A DNA stretch of 43,228 nucleotides from Octopus bimaculoides (GCF_001194135.2 NC_068997.1:27422724-27465951), one strand, 5' to 3'. Numbered from the stretch's first letter, positions 24,737-40,045 are shown. Numbers and translations are program-made. Notes: generated by a model not told the origin, from the letters alone.

Positions 24737-25339
24737 CCTCGTCCACATGCACAGTATAGCGATATAATAATATGTAGAAGTTTTGTTAACACACGCACAT
24801 ACACACATAGATACAAATATGCTTTTCACCACATCGCTTTCATTACATCATCCTTTCCCACACCCTATTACTTACCTTTACTTCCCTTGCTTCTCATTCC
24901 TTTAAAACAACTTGTTTATTCCAATTCTTCCTGTTCACCACTAATCCATGGCACATCAGTACTGATCAAAAATTTCCTTTCCGTTCTATTCTCTCCCCCA
25001 CTTCTATTCCTGTTTTGACGAAAGACTGCTCTCTGAAACGTCAACTTACATTTCTGTTCTTTCATACCGTTTAGCACATACCAATTTTGTACGTCATCCA
25101 TTTTTATGGTGGCGAGGGTGTGGTGTGCTCATCTTTTCTCTCTTAAATAATTTATTGGCTGAGAGTGATATTATTTTACAGCAGTCTCAGACTTTATACC
25201 AACTACTCTTGGACGCCCATACGTAATATCTATACAGGCGGCCTATGCGAAATTTTTCGATTCATAGTTTCTTTATGCACTTACTTTACTTTCTTTACTC
25301 TAGCCTCTACATTGCGCAACCCAATACTTTAATAGTTTA

Positions 25340-25622
25340 CAATATATTACAACACAACACACCACGCTATAAAAATACGCTCACAAAGCTGAATTACGCA
25401 ATACTTTATCGCCTAAACATATATTATACCATACTGCATCATACTAAACGACACCACATTACAAAACATTACACCACATCCACTAACTACACTGCACCAT
25501 ACAACATGCCACTGTGCATACTTTATCACACTGCATCACTCCACACTTTATCACACCACTCCACTCTACAGCACAATGCATTGCATAACAAAACACCAAA
25601 CCACACTCTATAATGGTACACT
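25340..25622. repeat. Highly degenerate pentanucleotide (ACACT/ACATT-like) repeat
   Basis: 5-bp periodicity visible (acacc acatt acaaa acatt acacc acatc ...). Confidence 0.65.
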
Positions 25623-25734
25623 ATTTATGCATGTGTGTATGCATGCATATGTATGTGTGCTTGTCTTCTCTCTCTCTTTCTCCCTCACACTTTATATATG
25701 TATGCATATGCGCATATATACATACACACACACA

Positions 25735-25768
<34 letters not shown>

Positions 25769-26763
25769 TATTTCACGAACATACAGGCACAAAGAGGAAA
25801 CTATATAACGCAGAAGGCACGTGATCTTGCGAGATTGCAATGATGTCGCAGTTTTGTTCGATTTTTTGTTTCCTAATGGACAAATTCTCATAGCTTGCTG
25901 TTCCATGGTGAATAAAGCATATATAAGCTAATACTAAACAGGAAGTAAGGGGTGTAGAATTATATATATATNNNNNNNNNNNNNNNNNNNNNNNNNNNNN
26001 NNNNNNNNNNNNNNNNNNNNNNNNNNNNNNNNNNNNNNNNNNNNNNNNNNNNNNNNNNNNNNNNNNNNNNNNNNNNNNNNNNNNNNNNNNNNNNNNNNNN
26101 NNNNNNNNNNNNNNNNNNNNNNNNNNNNNNNNNNNNNNNNNNNNNNNNNNNNNNNNNNNNNNNNNNNNNNNNNNNNNNNNNNNNNNNNNNNNNNNNNNNN
26201 NNNNNNNNNNNNNNNNNNNNNNNNNNNNNNNNNNNNNNNNNNNNNNNNNNNNNNNNNNNNNNNNNNNNNNNNNNNNNNNNNNNNNNNNNNNNNNNNNNNN
26301 NNNNNNNNNNNNNNNNNNNNNNNNNNNNNNNNNNNNNNNNNNNNNNNNNNNNNNNNNNNNNNNNNNNNNNNATATATATATATATATATATAAATATATG
26401 CTTGTATAAATAACATAGAGGGAGAATACAGGAGAAAATAGAAAGTGGAACAATAATAACATGTTTCACCAGCAAATTTTCACGAAAATTAAAAAAATTC
26501 TTGGCCATAATAGAATTATAATAAACTGCATTAAATGAAGATAGAATACATATCTTTAAAAGAAATCCGTTACGAAAACAGAATTTATTAAAATAGTTGT
26601 GTACAGTGTTTGTTAAACGTTATATTTCTTCTTACCGCCATTCCAACTTGCAACTAAAAAACGCATCATCTCATTTTGTATTCCATCCGGCTCTCGTTTT
26701 CCTCTCGCTTTCTCACGCTTACACAGGAATAATACAAACTTTTGCTAGTTTGTGTTTGTACGT

Positions 26764-26818
<55 letters not shown>

Positions 26819-27529
26819 TGTGTGTGCGCGCGTGTGGTAGTTTATGCATACATAATGCATACATAATACATGCATACATACATTCATACATACAACATAA
26901 ATATATATTGTTATATATACTTGTGTGACTTACATATACGTATGTACATATGAGTGTGTACACGTACATATTTGTGTGTATATGCGTGTATATAGTATTT
27001 ATATATATATGCATATATATATATATTATTATTATTATTTATATTATATTATATATATATATATATATGTAGTGTTTTAGTATTTTCTTGGATCTTTTAT
27101 TTCCATTATTCCCGTCTCTCTCCCCCCTCTTATTCACTGACACAGACAGGTTCTCTCTTTCTTCCTCCTCCCGTTCTCTGTCTTTCTGTGCCTCTGTCTG
27201 CCTCTGCCTCTCCCTCTCTATCTGTCCCTCCTTCCGTCTTCCTGCTAGTTTATTTACTTTGTTAATATTTTCTAAAACATTCGGATAGATTGTAGAATAT
27301 TTCAAACCCAGAGACCTAAACAAACAACAATAAAAACCCAATAAGAACCAGAAGCGCTCGTTTATTTGTTTTGTGTAATTGGAATATTTTTTTCAAGAAT
27401 ACATTTGGAATATTCAAACAATAAATGTTAGGCGTTGGCAGCTTAAAGAATTGAAAGAAACAAAGCGAATACAAAACAAGCAAATACTAAGAAGAGCATT
27501 AAGAATGTTGTGGTCGTCGTTGTTGTTAT

Positions 27530-27560
27530 TATTTCAGTCATTTGACGGCGGCCATGCTGG

Positions 27561-27562
<2 letters not shown>
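27530..27562 (-). mobile_element. Short 3' tail fragment of an H2-family SINE
   Basis: atttcagtcatttgacggcggccatgctggaac is the reverse complement of the tail at 28673-28705. Confidence 0.7.
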
Positions 27563-27602
<40 letters not shown>

Positions 27603-28080
27603 AATAATAATAATTATAATAATAATAATAATAATAACGATACTAATACTAATAATTTACCGCGGGGGGGGGGGCATATATGCATATATAAATGAACATT
27701 AGAAGCATGCAGATTATAAAATATTTGTGAATAGATGAAGTTATATAAAAAAACGTTAATGATTAAAAGCATTAAAAATTATTTATAAAATAGATTATAA
27801 ATGAGAATTATCTATACAACACAATATTTGGCCCAAAATCTCATTTAAATTAGAAAAAGAAATAGGGGGAAAACCCATAAAGACTAGGTGTAAGTGATGT
27901 TGCGAATGAGAACCCCAGCTCACTGGCTAATTGTTGAATAAGTGAAACCCAAGAGTACTCGTGAGTGTTTCTAGCGGCGGGCTGGACAAAATATCTCTCA
28001 CAACCAGTCTAAAAACAAAATTGGTCAATGGTAGTTCATAAACTGATCATATCTGGTAGTACTAATTGTCTATCATCCAA

Positions 28081-28250
28081 GTGAGGCAAATGGCCTAATG
28101 GTTAGAGTGTTGCAATTACGACCGCGAGATTGTGGATTCAATTCCCGGACCGAGCACCGCGTTATGTTATTGAGCAAAGTACTTCTCACGTTGCTCTGCA
28201 ACCACTTCGACATCTGACGTGTTCACCTGTACAGGCAATGTCTATTTGTT
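28081..28250 (+). mobile_element. Diverged tRNA-derived SINE (H1-like head with CORE-like segment); 3' boundary uncertain
   Basis: gtgaggcaaatggcctaatggttagagtg (A-box), gtggattcaattcccgg (B-box), gcgttatgttattgagcaaagtacttctcacgttgctc (CORE-like). Confidence 0.75.
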
Positions 28251-28580
28251 GAAGGGAGCGAGCTAATGCACAGCACAAGCGTTTGATCACTCTCATTATT
28301 TCTACCTCTTGTCTTTCAATTTCCTCAGATGGCACTGCTATGTATGACCAATAGATGGGAAGCTTGAGCTTCTGGTCGGTTCTTGAAGCCGAAGTCAAGA
28401 CGATCTCATTCGATGCTTCCGTGGCCACACCCAACCTCCAAGGAACATCAAACAACTGGCTGCTGCTTTTGTTTCATCGTTCATTTTGTCCTTTTAATTT
28501 TTTTTTCAGCTAGTCTGAAGAGAAAACCCTTAGATGATTTTCACTTCCACATGTGTGACATCTGGAACTTCTACCTTGAA

Positions 28581-28723
28581 GTTTCGGCAAAAGAGATCGA
28601 TAGAATAAGTACTAGGTGTACTAAGTTTACAAAGAATAACTTCTGGGGTCGATTTGCTAGACTAAAGACGGTGCTCCAGCATGGCCGCAGTCAAATGACT
28701 GAAACAAGTAAAAGAATAAAAGA

Positions 28724-28725
<2 letters not shown>
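28581..28725 (+). mobile_element. 3' part of an H2-family SINE
   Basis: gtttcggcaaaagagatcgatagaataagtactagg...tggggtcgatttgctagactaaagacggtgctccagcatggccgcagtcaaatgactgaaacaagtaaaagaataaaaga; matches 41477-41617. Confidence 0.85.
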
Positions 28726-28754
<29 letters not shown>

Positions 28755-28846
28755 GACCGTGTAAATTTGAGTGAATTATTATTTCAACTGCTTGTGTCTA
28801 CATACGTACACAGAAAGACAGATAGGCACATATGTACGTATGTGCG

Positions 28847-28897
<51 letters not shown>

Positions 28898-29148
28898 NNN
28901 NNNNNNNNNNNNNNNNNNNNNNNNNNNNNNNNNNNNNNNNNNNNNNNNNNNNNNNNNNNNNNNNNNNNNNNNNNNNNNNNNNNNNNNNNNNNNNNNNNNN
29001 NNNNNNNNNNNNNNNNNNNNNNNNNNNNNNNNNNNNNNNNNNNNNNNNNNNNNNNNNNNNNNNNNNNNNNNNNNNNNNNNNNNNNNNNNNNNNNNNNNNN
29101 NNNNNNNNNNNNNNNNNNNNNNNNNNNNNNNNNNNNNNNNNNNNNNNN

Positions 29149-29213
29149 AGACTAAAGACGGTGCTCCAGCATGGCCGCAGTCAAATGACTGAAACAAGTA
29201 AAAGAATAAAAGA

Positions 29214-29215
<2 letters not shown>
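29149..29215 (+). mobile_element. Exact second copy of the SINE tail at 28659-28725, starting at a gap edge
   Basis: Base-identical to 28659-28725 and followed by the same (TA)n; offset 490 bp. Confidence 0.8.
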
Positions 29216-29246
<31 letters not shown>

Positions 29247-31084
29247 CATAAAATGATGTGGGTAGGTGTGGGTGTGTGCTTACCTGCGCGTTTAAAATGT
29301 AAAAGAAGTTACCTAAAAGTTGTTTGAACACGGACGTGATTGTAAATTAACAGAAATGTTTGTGTGAAAACCAGATAAATCTTATCGATATTGGAAAATA
29401 CTTTATTCAGAAATATTCAATAATTATCGATATAAGCGGAGCTAGGATAGACTTGGTGGTGGAGGGGCTCATCTTCCTCTCTCTCTTTCGCCATATATTT
29501 CTAAATATAATTATGAAGTTCTAAGTTAATGCATATTTCTTTTAGACACTTTTCTCAGTTTATTTACAGAACTGGATTCATTCGGGGTGGTCTTGTTCTG
29601 CGACTCTTTGCTACATTCTCTCTTTCTTGTGATCATTTTTTTCATTTTTCTTTCTTTCTGGTTTTCAATCCTTCTCTTTTTCTTTCATTATTTTTTTCAT
29701 TTATTCATTTTAGTTTGTTTGTTTGCTTGTTTGCTTGTTTGTTCGTTTCTTTCTTTTATTTACTCATTCTTTGTTTATCTGTTGTCTGTTTTCATTCTGC
29801 TTTTCTACATCGTTTATTTCTTTCATATTCTTTCTTTCAACCCTTCATTCATTTATTCACTCATTCTACTATCAATTCTCTCACTCACCCATTCTTTCTT
29901 TCTTTTCTTTTCTTTTGTTCTTTCATTTTCTTTCTTTTTTCCTCCCTTCTATCTCACATTTTGTATTTCTTTCTTGCGTCATTTTCTGAAAAAGAAACCC
30001 AAAAATAAATAAATGAATAAATAAAAAACGAGACCCTTATCATATAACTAAAAAAAAACAAACAAAAAAAATTCCCAACAAGAAACGATAAAAAATATGA
30101 AAAAAATTTTTCTCCAAATATGAATCTTTTTTTCTTTTCAAAAATAAATTCGAAACGAAACGAAGGGAGGCAAATGGACATAACTAAATATATAAATAAA
30201 AATAAATGAGTAGAAAAAAATTTGCATAGCACCCCAGCCCTTACCCCTACTCCTACCAGATAAACCTCCAGAAACTTAAGTAAATAAATATATAAATATA
30301 TATAAGAGAAAATGGATAAGAAATTTGTGAAAAACGAATTAAGGAAATATTTAAATTATCGAATATTTGGTTAGTTTGAAGAACTCATGAATTCGATGGT
30401 AATATATATATATATATATACATATATGCGCGCGCGCGCACGTGTGTGTGTGTGTGTGTGTGTATGTATATGTGTGTGTATGTATATGTGTGTATGCTTA
30501 CAAATATGTATATATATATATGTATAACTATGCATATATGAGCACATATATATCAATGTATATTGAATTGAATATATTATGTTTGTGCGTATATTGCCAT
30601 TTTTCTTTTTTAACCGTTAATCATCAATATATACATATATGCATACACATACACACATATATATATATACATTTACCCATATATACATATATACATGCAT
30701 ACATACATGCATACCATGCATGCATACATAATACATAAATGTATATAAATACATATATATATATACATATATACACAGATGTATATGTAGAGAGAGAGGG
30801 GGAGAGAAAGAGGAAGAGAGAGATAACATAAATATATATATATGTATGCAAAAGATAATATAAATATATGTGTGTACATGTGTTCATGTGTGTATTTGTT
30901 TGTGTGTATGTGTGTGTGTATGTGTGCATGTGAATGGGTGTTTCGGTAAACCTGGTGCTATATATCAATAGAGACCAATTCTACCACAATGATGGATTTA
31001 TGTCAACTGATGGTTTGTTCTTATAAGATAATTTTTACCTTTTTTACAACCCCTTATATGCAAAAGAAATCACAATGAAAATGG

Positions 31085-31110
31085 CAACAACAACAACAAC
31101 AACAACAACA

Positions 31111-31172
<62 letters not shown>
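31085..31172. repeat. (CAA)n(CTA)n compound microsatellite
   Basis: Directly visible. Confidence 0.95.
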
Positions 31173-31458
31173 CATGTATAGGACACTGCCAGAGCGAAGA
31201 AAAAATTCAAGTATGTATATATGTAAATACACACACACACACACACACATGTATGCACGCATACAAATACACGTTAATATATGATACTGTGTGATATTAG
31301 AATCTCCACATGCTGTACTCTGCTCAAGACGTGTTGAGATCTGGATAAAAATTACTCGTTGATTTTAGTCATCTACAAATATTTAGCTGTAACTCTCCCA
31401 GTTTGTTTACATCTGTGTGTGTGTATGTGTTTGTATATATACACCCACATATATATGT

Positions 31459-31505
<47 letters not shown>

Positions 31506-32349
31506 CACGCACATATGTGGATGTTTAATATACGCATATTTTTATACAAACATATACGAATATATTTAGAACACACACACATGTGTATGTATGTATGTAT
31601 GTAATGTGTGTATGTAATGTAAAATTTCTCTAGAAAATGTAATTATTACAAAGTTCTAGCTTTTTTTTCATGTAGAAAATGAAATCTTGAAACGAATCTT
31701 TTAGAAGAAAGTGAAATTAAGGAATTATAACTGGCACTACCATGTAATGTCCATGAACACAAGAGAGGTAACTATTCAAGAAATTTAAATTTGAAATTTG
31801 AATTTGCTAAAGGGAAGAAAATACATAGAGTTCTCGTATTTAATTTAAATTATTAATTAATATTTGACAGTGAGATACTCTAAATCATCCATTGTGACGT
31901 TCTTAGCATCTGGGTTCATCGATATTATATTTATAATTAATATGAGCAAAGCACGGTTATTAACCTAACGAAATGTATCGAATAATTAATAGAAAGGAGA
32001 TTGATTAAGAGCAAATACAATAAATTTTTAACAAAGTTTTGGGCTTCATCGTTGCATTTAACTGTGTCCTGGTTGTAGAGTGATTATGAAGTTCATCAAA
32101 GACACTCATGATTTAGATAGAAACTTATGGCGACGTATGAGAAATATTTATTGGAAGAGATTTACATTGAGGACAGGCACATTTTCTTCGAAAAGAGAAC
32201 TGTCTCTAGTACAAGTCACAAACTTTACGTAGAGGTTGCTACAGAAAAAACCTTCTACTTTTGTTGTTTCGATACATATTAGCTTGTGAAGCTAAGCAGA
32301 TTGTAACAATGTCTTCCTGTTGGAAATATTTTACAGTTTTCTTTAGTTA

Positions 32350-32440
32350 CTATCACGGTTTGGACCGATAGACAGCGTGCGTTTGCCGTTGAAAAGTTTG
32401 TCAACCTGTAAAATGTGGGAGATTTTTTAATCGCACCCTG
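32350..32440 (+). mobile_element. Possible relic of a Tc1/mariner-superfamily element (transposase N-terminus joined to a TIR-like end)
   Basis: 32361-32399 reads WTDRQRAFAVEKF, like the W(S/T)..(Q/H)RAF.VE..F start I recall for some Tc1/mariner-superfamily transposases. It is followed by ...gggagattttttaatcgcaccctg|TA, i.e. a CAGGGTG-type TIR on the minus strand. No partner TIR found. Confidence 0.4.
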
Positions 32441-33899
32441 TATTTTTGGATGTACGAGATAGTGAATATAAAACTACAAACATTTGACTGTAAACTGGTA
32501 TCAGAGTCTATAAAAAAAACTGAAAGAAAACCCTACTCCTATGTTACTTGTGTGGTACACGTTTTTTCAAAATTTAATTAAAATATGTAGTTTCAGTGTC
32601 ATTGTAGAAACTGATGAGAACTCAATTGTCATTGATAAGTAAAACATATGTTTTGTTCTGGACTATTGGTGGTCTTGTGGTTGGTTATAGGAAGTGTTTG
32701 TTGGTTACAGTAGACGATAGAACACGTGCAACACTGTCAGATAGACTGTAATATTATGATAGACCGGTAACAGCAGCTGCAAACGATTTCTTGACGTCAT
32801 ACAAAACCATCAAATAAATTGGTTTTTAATACCTATCATTTTGTTGATCCAAAAATGAATCACCATGCTGAATCACAGTAGAATTGTACAAAACCCGAAA
32901 TTTGTGAGACATTGATACTCATTGCATATCATTAAACCCTCATTTATTCCAGTGTAAGTGATGGTTGTAACTTTCCTAATTATGACTTTCAAAAATTATT
33001 CAAAGCTATTTAAAGGATCTGTTTATTATTTGTAATAAATGATTAGAGAATTGAATAATTATCAAAAGTTGGAATGAAAAATATAAAACGTTTACTTTTG
33101 ACCAAGGAAAAACGCGGTGCATTTTTGCTACGGAAAATATTTTTACTTTTAGATAACAAACGTATCTCTGTTTTCGTCAAGGTAAACACTTTTATTTTCA
33201 TGAGGCTTTGGGAAAAAGACGTGTCCAATTCTCAAAGTTTTTTTCGTTTTTAAATTTAATTAAACACCAAAAAACAATAAAAATTTATTTCTTCTGTAAT
33301 TTATTTTGGACATTCTTGAGATGACGATCTTAATCAAACACGTCGAAGCAAATTCCCAAGTATAATAACAAATGAAAAGAAAATAAAGAGATAAAATATA
33401 CTTATTTCTTTTTAACGCGCTGCTTTTGCAAATTCGATGCAAATTGCTTCAGACGAAAAAATATATAAATAATTAGAAATTGTTCATTAGTCAGTAAATT
33501 TACAAAATTAATAATTAAAAATTTTCATTATTTTTCAAATTACGGATTCATTATAAATTATGATTTAAGAAATCAAAGTGTGAAGAATCACTTCAATATG
33601 CTGAGTACACAAAAATTAATTCTCAGTTTTACGTTTCGTATTTTCGTTTTTTATCAAAACAGACATTATCTTAAAATTACTATTTATTTTTATTACATGC
33701 AATATGAATAATGCAATAGATTACATTTTATTTTAGAAAAATAAACAAATATTAAACAAAAATTAACAAATATTATAGCAATACAAAAGAAAGCGAAAAT
33801 GTAATCAAATTTTAACTATGAATGTAGCAAAAAAGAAAAATGCCTAGGAAATATTACATACATTATTGTTTTAATCCCCACTCCCAGTTAAACAAAATA

Positions 33900-35300
33900 A
33901 ATTATACTGACTTCTTTTTCTTTAAATCTTCATACATATGGTTATAAAATTAGAAATTCTTTGTCAAGATATTGGTGGACTTAACTGAATCTTGTAATGT
34001 TGCGATAAAGATTATTGATCATTCCGTTTAATGTTTCCACATTTCTAAATATATTTCCATATTCTTTTATGGATACCTCTTTTGTTTACTTATTGGCATT
34101 TTCTTCTTCATTATTTTCTGCTTCTTCGAATGCTTTTTATTCATCTAAAAAGAAAAGTCTTCATTTGACGAGCATTTGTATGTACAGTCACTTCATAAAA
34201 ATCAAACTGTGTTATTTCTTTTGCAACAGGTTGGCGTTATAGAAAGAAATCCTTCAAAATTCTTTACACATTCTGGTAATCAAAATTTCGAAACTGAACG
34301 TATGTTGTTTAAATTTAATTTTTCAAAAAATTGTGAATATTTTCAATCGCCTTTTTGATATAATTTTATTTTTTCAAATTTTTTCAAAGAAATTGCAATA
34401 TCACCTGTTATTTGAGGAGCTATCAAAAGAAGAACTTTTCCAAATATAGCAGGTCCACTGGTGCAATGATACCGATACACTCTTACTCAAATGATCGTGT
34501 ATAATTGGAAAAATATATACAAAAATATGCAGAAAAAAAAAACAATCTTTAAAAAGAGAGATTTTGTCAGCCATCCCTTCTTTTTGTAGTGGCACGCCAA
34601 AATACTAGAAGTGATCGGTGATTGTAGCCCTTAGTAAACAGAGAACAGACGACCGATATTTAGCCATTGGCTTTAACTTGAAACCATCGTCTACATTTCT
34701 TCCAAAAAAAAATAAGAGTCAAACGATCCTAATACCTTTAAATTCTGGTAGAGATTTTACCATTTTTAGAAACATAACTAAATGAAAGAATTCTTTTCCA
34801 AAAGTAATCCGGTTTCGTTCATGTTAAATATTTATTGTTCGGTGTACCCCTCTTCTTCAATTGTATTCTGCCTAAAAATTAGATTCATTTTCAGCAGCTT
34901 CTTCGTCAACGCTGCTTGATTTGATTCTCCACAAACTTGTACATTAGGCACAGCTGAATTCCATTCTTAATTCGTTTTAAACCAACCAACAAATTGCATT
35001 AAATGTCCCTTCAGTGATGCTTTGATTATCGATATTTTCTGCGGCTCTAAAATATCCTCAAAGCTTTCGGTTGAATTCTAACTTAGGAAAAAAAAACAAA
35101 AAAACCCCCAACATTTTTATGACTTTTCAATTCATAAAGCGAGGAAACAGTCCATTTCTATCACAATGAGTTATTCTATTTGTTTTGGAAGCTGTTTGCA
35201 AATCACAGAAAGCTGATCTTCATAAACTCCTCTTTTTTGTTTCAGCTACTTGTTTTATATTTCGTACATTCGATTTTTCAAGGAAATATGTCGGGCTGCA
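33900..35300 (-). pseudogene. Decayed pogo/Tigger-family (CENP-B HTH + DDE) transposase
   Basis: Minus-strand pieces in the expected order: IEMDCFLAL*IEK (~35160-35120); GTFNA/VGWF (~35010-34975); GES/SSVDEEAAE (~34930-34885); IEEEGYTEQ*IFNMNETGL/FWKR (~34860-34790); DRLTL (34728-34714); GFKLKP; LPECVKNFEGF (~34280-34245); then an acidic C-terminal segment. Many stops and frameshifts. TIRs not identified. Confidence 0.85.
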
Positions 35301-36209
35301 ACTCATAAATATTTTACATATGCTCAAATATAATTAAGAAGAAACACACTTCAGAAAGTATATTTACAAATGTTTCAAAATTACGGTTACTTGTTGATGT
35401 AGTAAAGCGCATTATACGGACAGATGCAAATAAAGGTGAAAGAAAAACACGGAGACTGCAAAGACAAAATTATATTAACACATAACACGTATCTCCCAAT
35501 GAAGAGCTTCAGTATTGTGACGCCTATAAATTGAATTTATTTACGCTTTATTCTTTAGTATCAATATCAATTCTACCTCTTTTCTATCTTTTGTTGCATC
35601 ATTCCATACACCTGCTTGCATAGTGTACAGTTTTGCCTTAACCAGTTACGGAATGCTTGAAACAGCTGTAAAATTTTCTCATATAGTATTTTTGATGTTC
35701 TTTATTATATTTATGAATATGTAATACCGTTATAAACGATTTAATGGCATATATAACTGCTTGACCACCTCTTATCATTTTATTATTATTCGCTCGACAA
35801 AAACGATGAGCTGGAAGAACAATTAGCAACCAATCCAGTTAGATATGTTGATAAGCGCGACTTGAACTCCCAGTTAGATCGAATCTTACAACAACTCAAT
35901 AATTAATATATGTTTATATATATATGTTTATATATATATATATATATATATATANNNNNNNNNNNNNNNNNNNNNNNNNNNNNNNNNNNNNNNNNNNNNN
36001 NNNNNNNNNNNNNNNNNNNNNNNNNNNNNNNNNNNNNNNNNNNNNNNNNNNNNNNNNNNNNNNNNNNNNNNNNNNNNNNNNNNNNNNNNNNNNNNNNNNN
36101 NNNNNNNNNNNNNNNNNNNNNNNNNNNNNNNNNNNNNNNNNNNNNNNNNNNNNNNNNNNNNNNNNNNNNNNNNNNNNNNNNNNNNNNNNNNNNNNNNNNN
36201 NNNNNNNNN

Positions 36210-36270
<61 letters not shown>

Positions 36271-36871
36271 GCATATGCTTACACACATATATGTGTGTAC
36301 GTGTGCGTGCGCGTGTGCGTGCGCGTGTGCGCGATTTATCATATATTTTTTAAAAGTCATGTTTCTTCCCACAACATCTGTCTATGACTCTTCCACCGTC
36401 TACTGAAGTGATAGAAAGGAAAACAAAGCAAATAAGAGTAAAACAAAGCGAAAAAGATCAAAACAAAGAAAACAGCAAAATTTCGTGTGCAAGAAAAAAA
36501 ATTGACATTTTAGACAGACAGCCATTTTGTTAGTGTCACAAAGGAAACAGAACTACATATAGAAAAAAGAAATAAAAAAAGTTTATTTTGTTTTTGTTGT
36601 TATTGCTTTGTTATTGTTGTTGATGTTGTTATCGTTGGTGTTATTGTTTTGCTAGTTCTATTTATAGTTGTTATTATTATTATCTGTATTATTTTTTAAA
36701 TAATTACATTTTAATTTTTTATATTATTGCAATGTAAAAAATATTTAATAAAACAAAATATATGTGTATATCTGTGTGTGTGTGTGTGCACGCGCGCGTC
36801 TGTGTGTGAACGTTTGTAGATATATATATCATATATATATGTAATCATGTGTATATATGTATATATATATA

Positions 36872-36902
<31 letters not shown>

Positions 36903-36974
36903 ATATATATATATATGTATTAATATATATATATATATATATAAACGTACATATATGTGTGTGTGTGTATGCCT

Positions 36975-37022
36975 ATTCTTTTATCCTTTTATTTGTCTCA
37001 GTCATTTGACTGCGGCCAAGCT
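36975..37022 (-). mobile_element. Short 3' tail fragment of an H2-family SINE
   Basis: ttcttttatccttttatttgtctcagtcatttgactgcggccaagctg is the reverse complement of the tail. Confidence 0.7.
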
Positions 37023-37048
37023 GATACATATATAATTCATATACATGA

Positions 37049-37118
<70 letters not shown>

Positions 37119-37129
37119 ATTACGCACGC

Positions 37130-37169
<40 letters not shown>

Positions 37170-37399
37170 AGAGTATCACATCGCATTACAACATATGTCG
37201 AGTTCCCGTTTTGCTACCTTGCGACATTATATATGAAAACGTGAAAACAAAATAAAACCTTCGGAATGCGTCATATTCTGGTCATTTAACCATTTAACCT
37301 CACTTCACTTCTCCGAAAGTTCAGCGTCTAAGAATAATCATTGTTATGCAGACGTGTGTTTAGACAGTCTCTTGGAAAATGTTATGCTGTCGTTTAACC

Positions 37400-39150
<1,751 letters not shown>

Positions 39151-39530
39151 GTTAACATAACGACAACAAGTGACAATGTAGTTAAAGTAACACGGAACGT
39201 GTTGTGTCAAAGACAGAAATTGAATATGCCTTGAAAAAGAATCAGGCCTGACTGCACACTTATACACAGACACACACGCGCGTGCGCATGCGCACACATA
39301 CACTCGTACGCAGGCACATACATTCAGACAAATTCACAAACAACAAACAAAATATTTAGGCAAGTTGCTGAAATCAGTTGGAAATCTAAAAAAATTCAGT
39401 ACAAATTTGTATATATTTATTTATCTATGCATCTATATATACTTACACGCGCGCGAACACCCACACGTACACACACACACACATATATATAAATCTATAT
39501 GTAGTGTATATATATACATATGTATATATA

Positions 39531-39613
<83 letters not shown>

Positions 39614-39787
39614 ACATACACCCATATACATATACGTATTTATTTTACCATTTTATGACAAACGTCATTTAGTACGTTACCATCTCTTTGAATTATATAA
39701 AAGCATGGCATTGGGTTACCTGACTTACTTCCCTTGGCATTTTTCATTGTTTTACAGCAACAACAATAACAAAAATAATGATAAAAA

Positions 39788-39986
39788 TAATAATAATCCT
39801 TTCTACTATAAGCACATGGCCTAAAATTTTGGGTGAGGGGACTAGTTAATTATATCGACCCCAGTGTTTCACTGGTATTTAATTTATCGACCCCGAAAGG
39901 ATGAAAGGTAAAGTCTATCTCGGCGGAACTTGAACTCAGACCGTAGCAACGGGTGAAATACTGATAAGCATGTCAGCTCGCCCCTC
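39788..39986 (-). mobile_element. tRNA-derived SINE with a Nin/Deu-like central domain and (ATT)n tail; part of the head appears deleted
   Basis: Minus strand: B-box tctgagttcaagttccgccgag, then ctttacctttcatcctttcggggtcgataaattaaataccag (resembles the Deu/Nin-domain motif GCCTTTCATCCTTCCGAGGTCGATAAA recalled from the literature), ending tagtagaaaggattattattatt. Confidence 0.7.
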
Positions 39987-40016
39987 TAATGATGATGAGG
40001 ATGATGATGATGATGA

Positions 40017-40045
40017 TAATAATAATAATAACAATAATAATAATG

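Noticed and set aside
33153-33181. 29-nt candidate micro-exon (tttttacttttag ... AAG|gtaaac)
   Set aside because: No homology and no linked exons; cannot be supported without RNA data.
36340-36480. Minus-strand acceptor-like site after a long pyrimidine tract (reading DGGRVIDRCCGKKHDF*)
   Set aside because: The tract is a degenerate (AAAAC/AAAG) repeat on the plus strand and all frames stop quickly.
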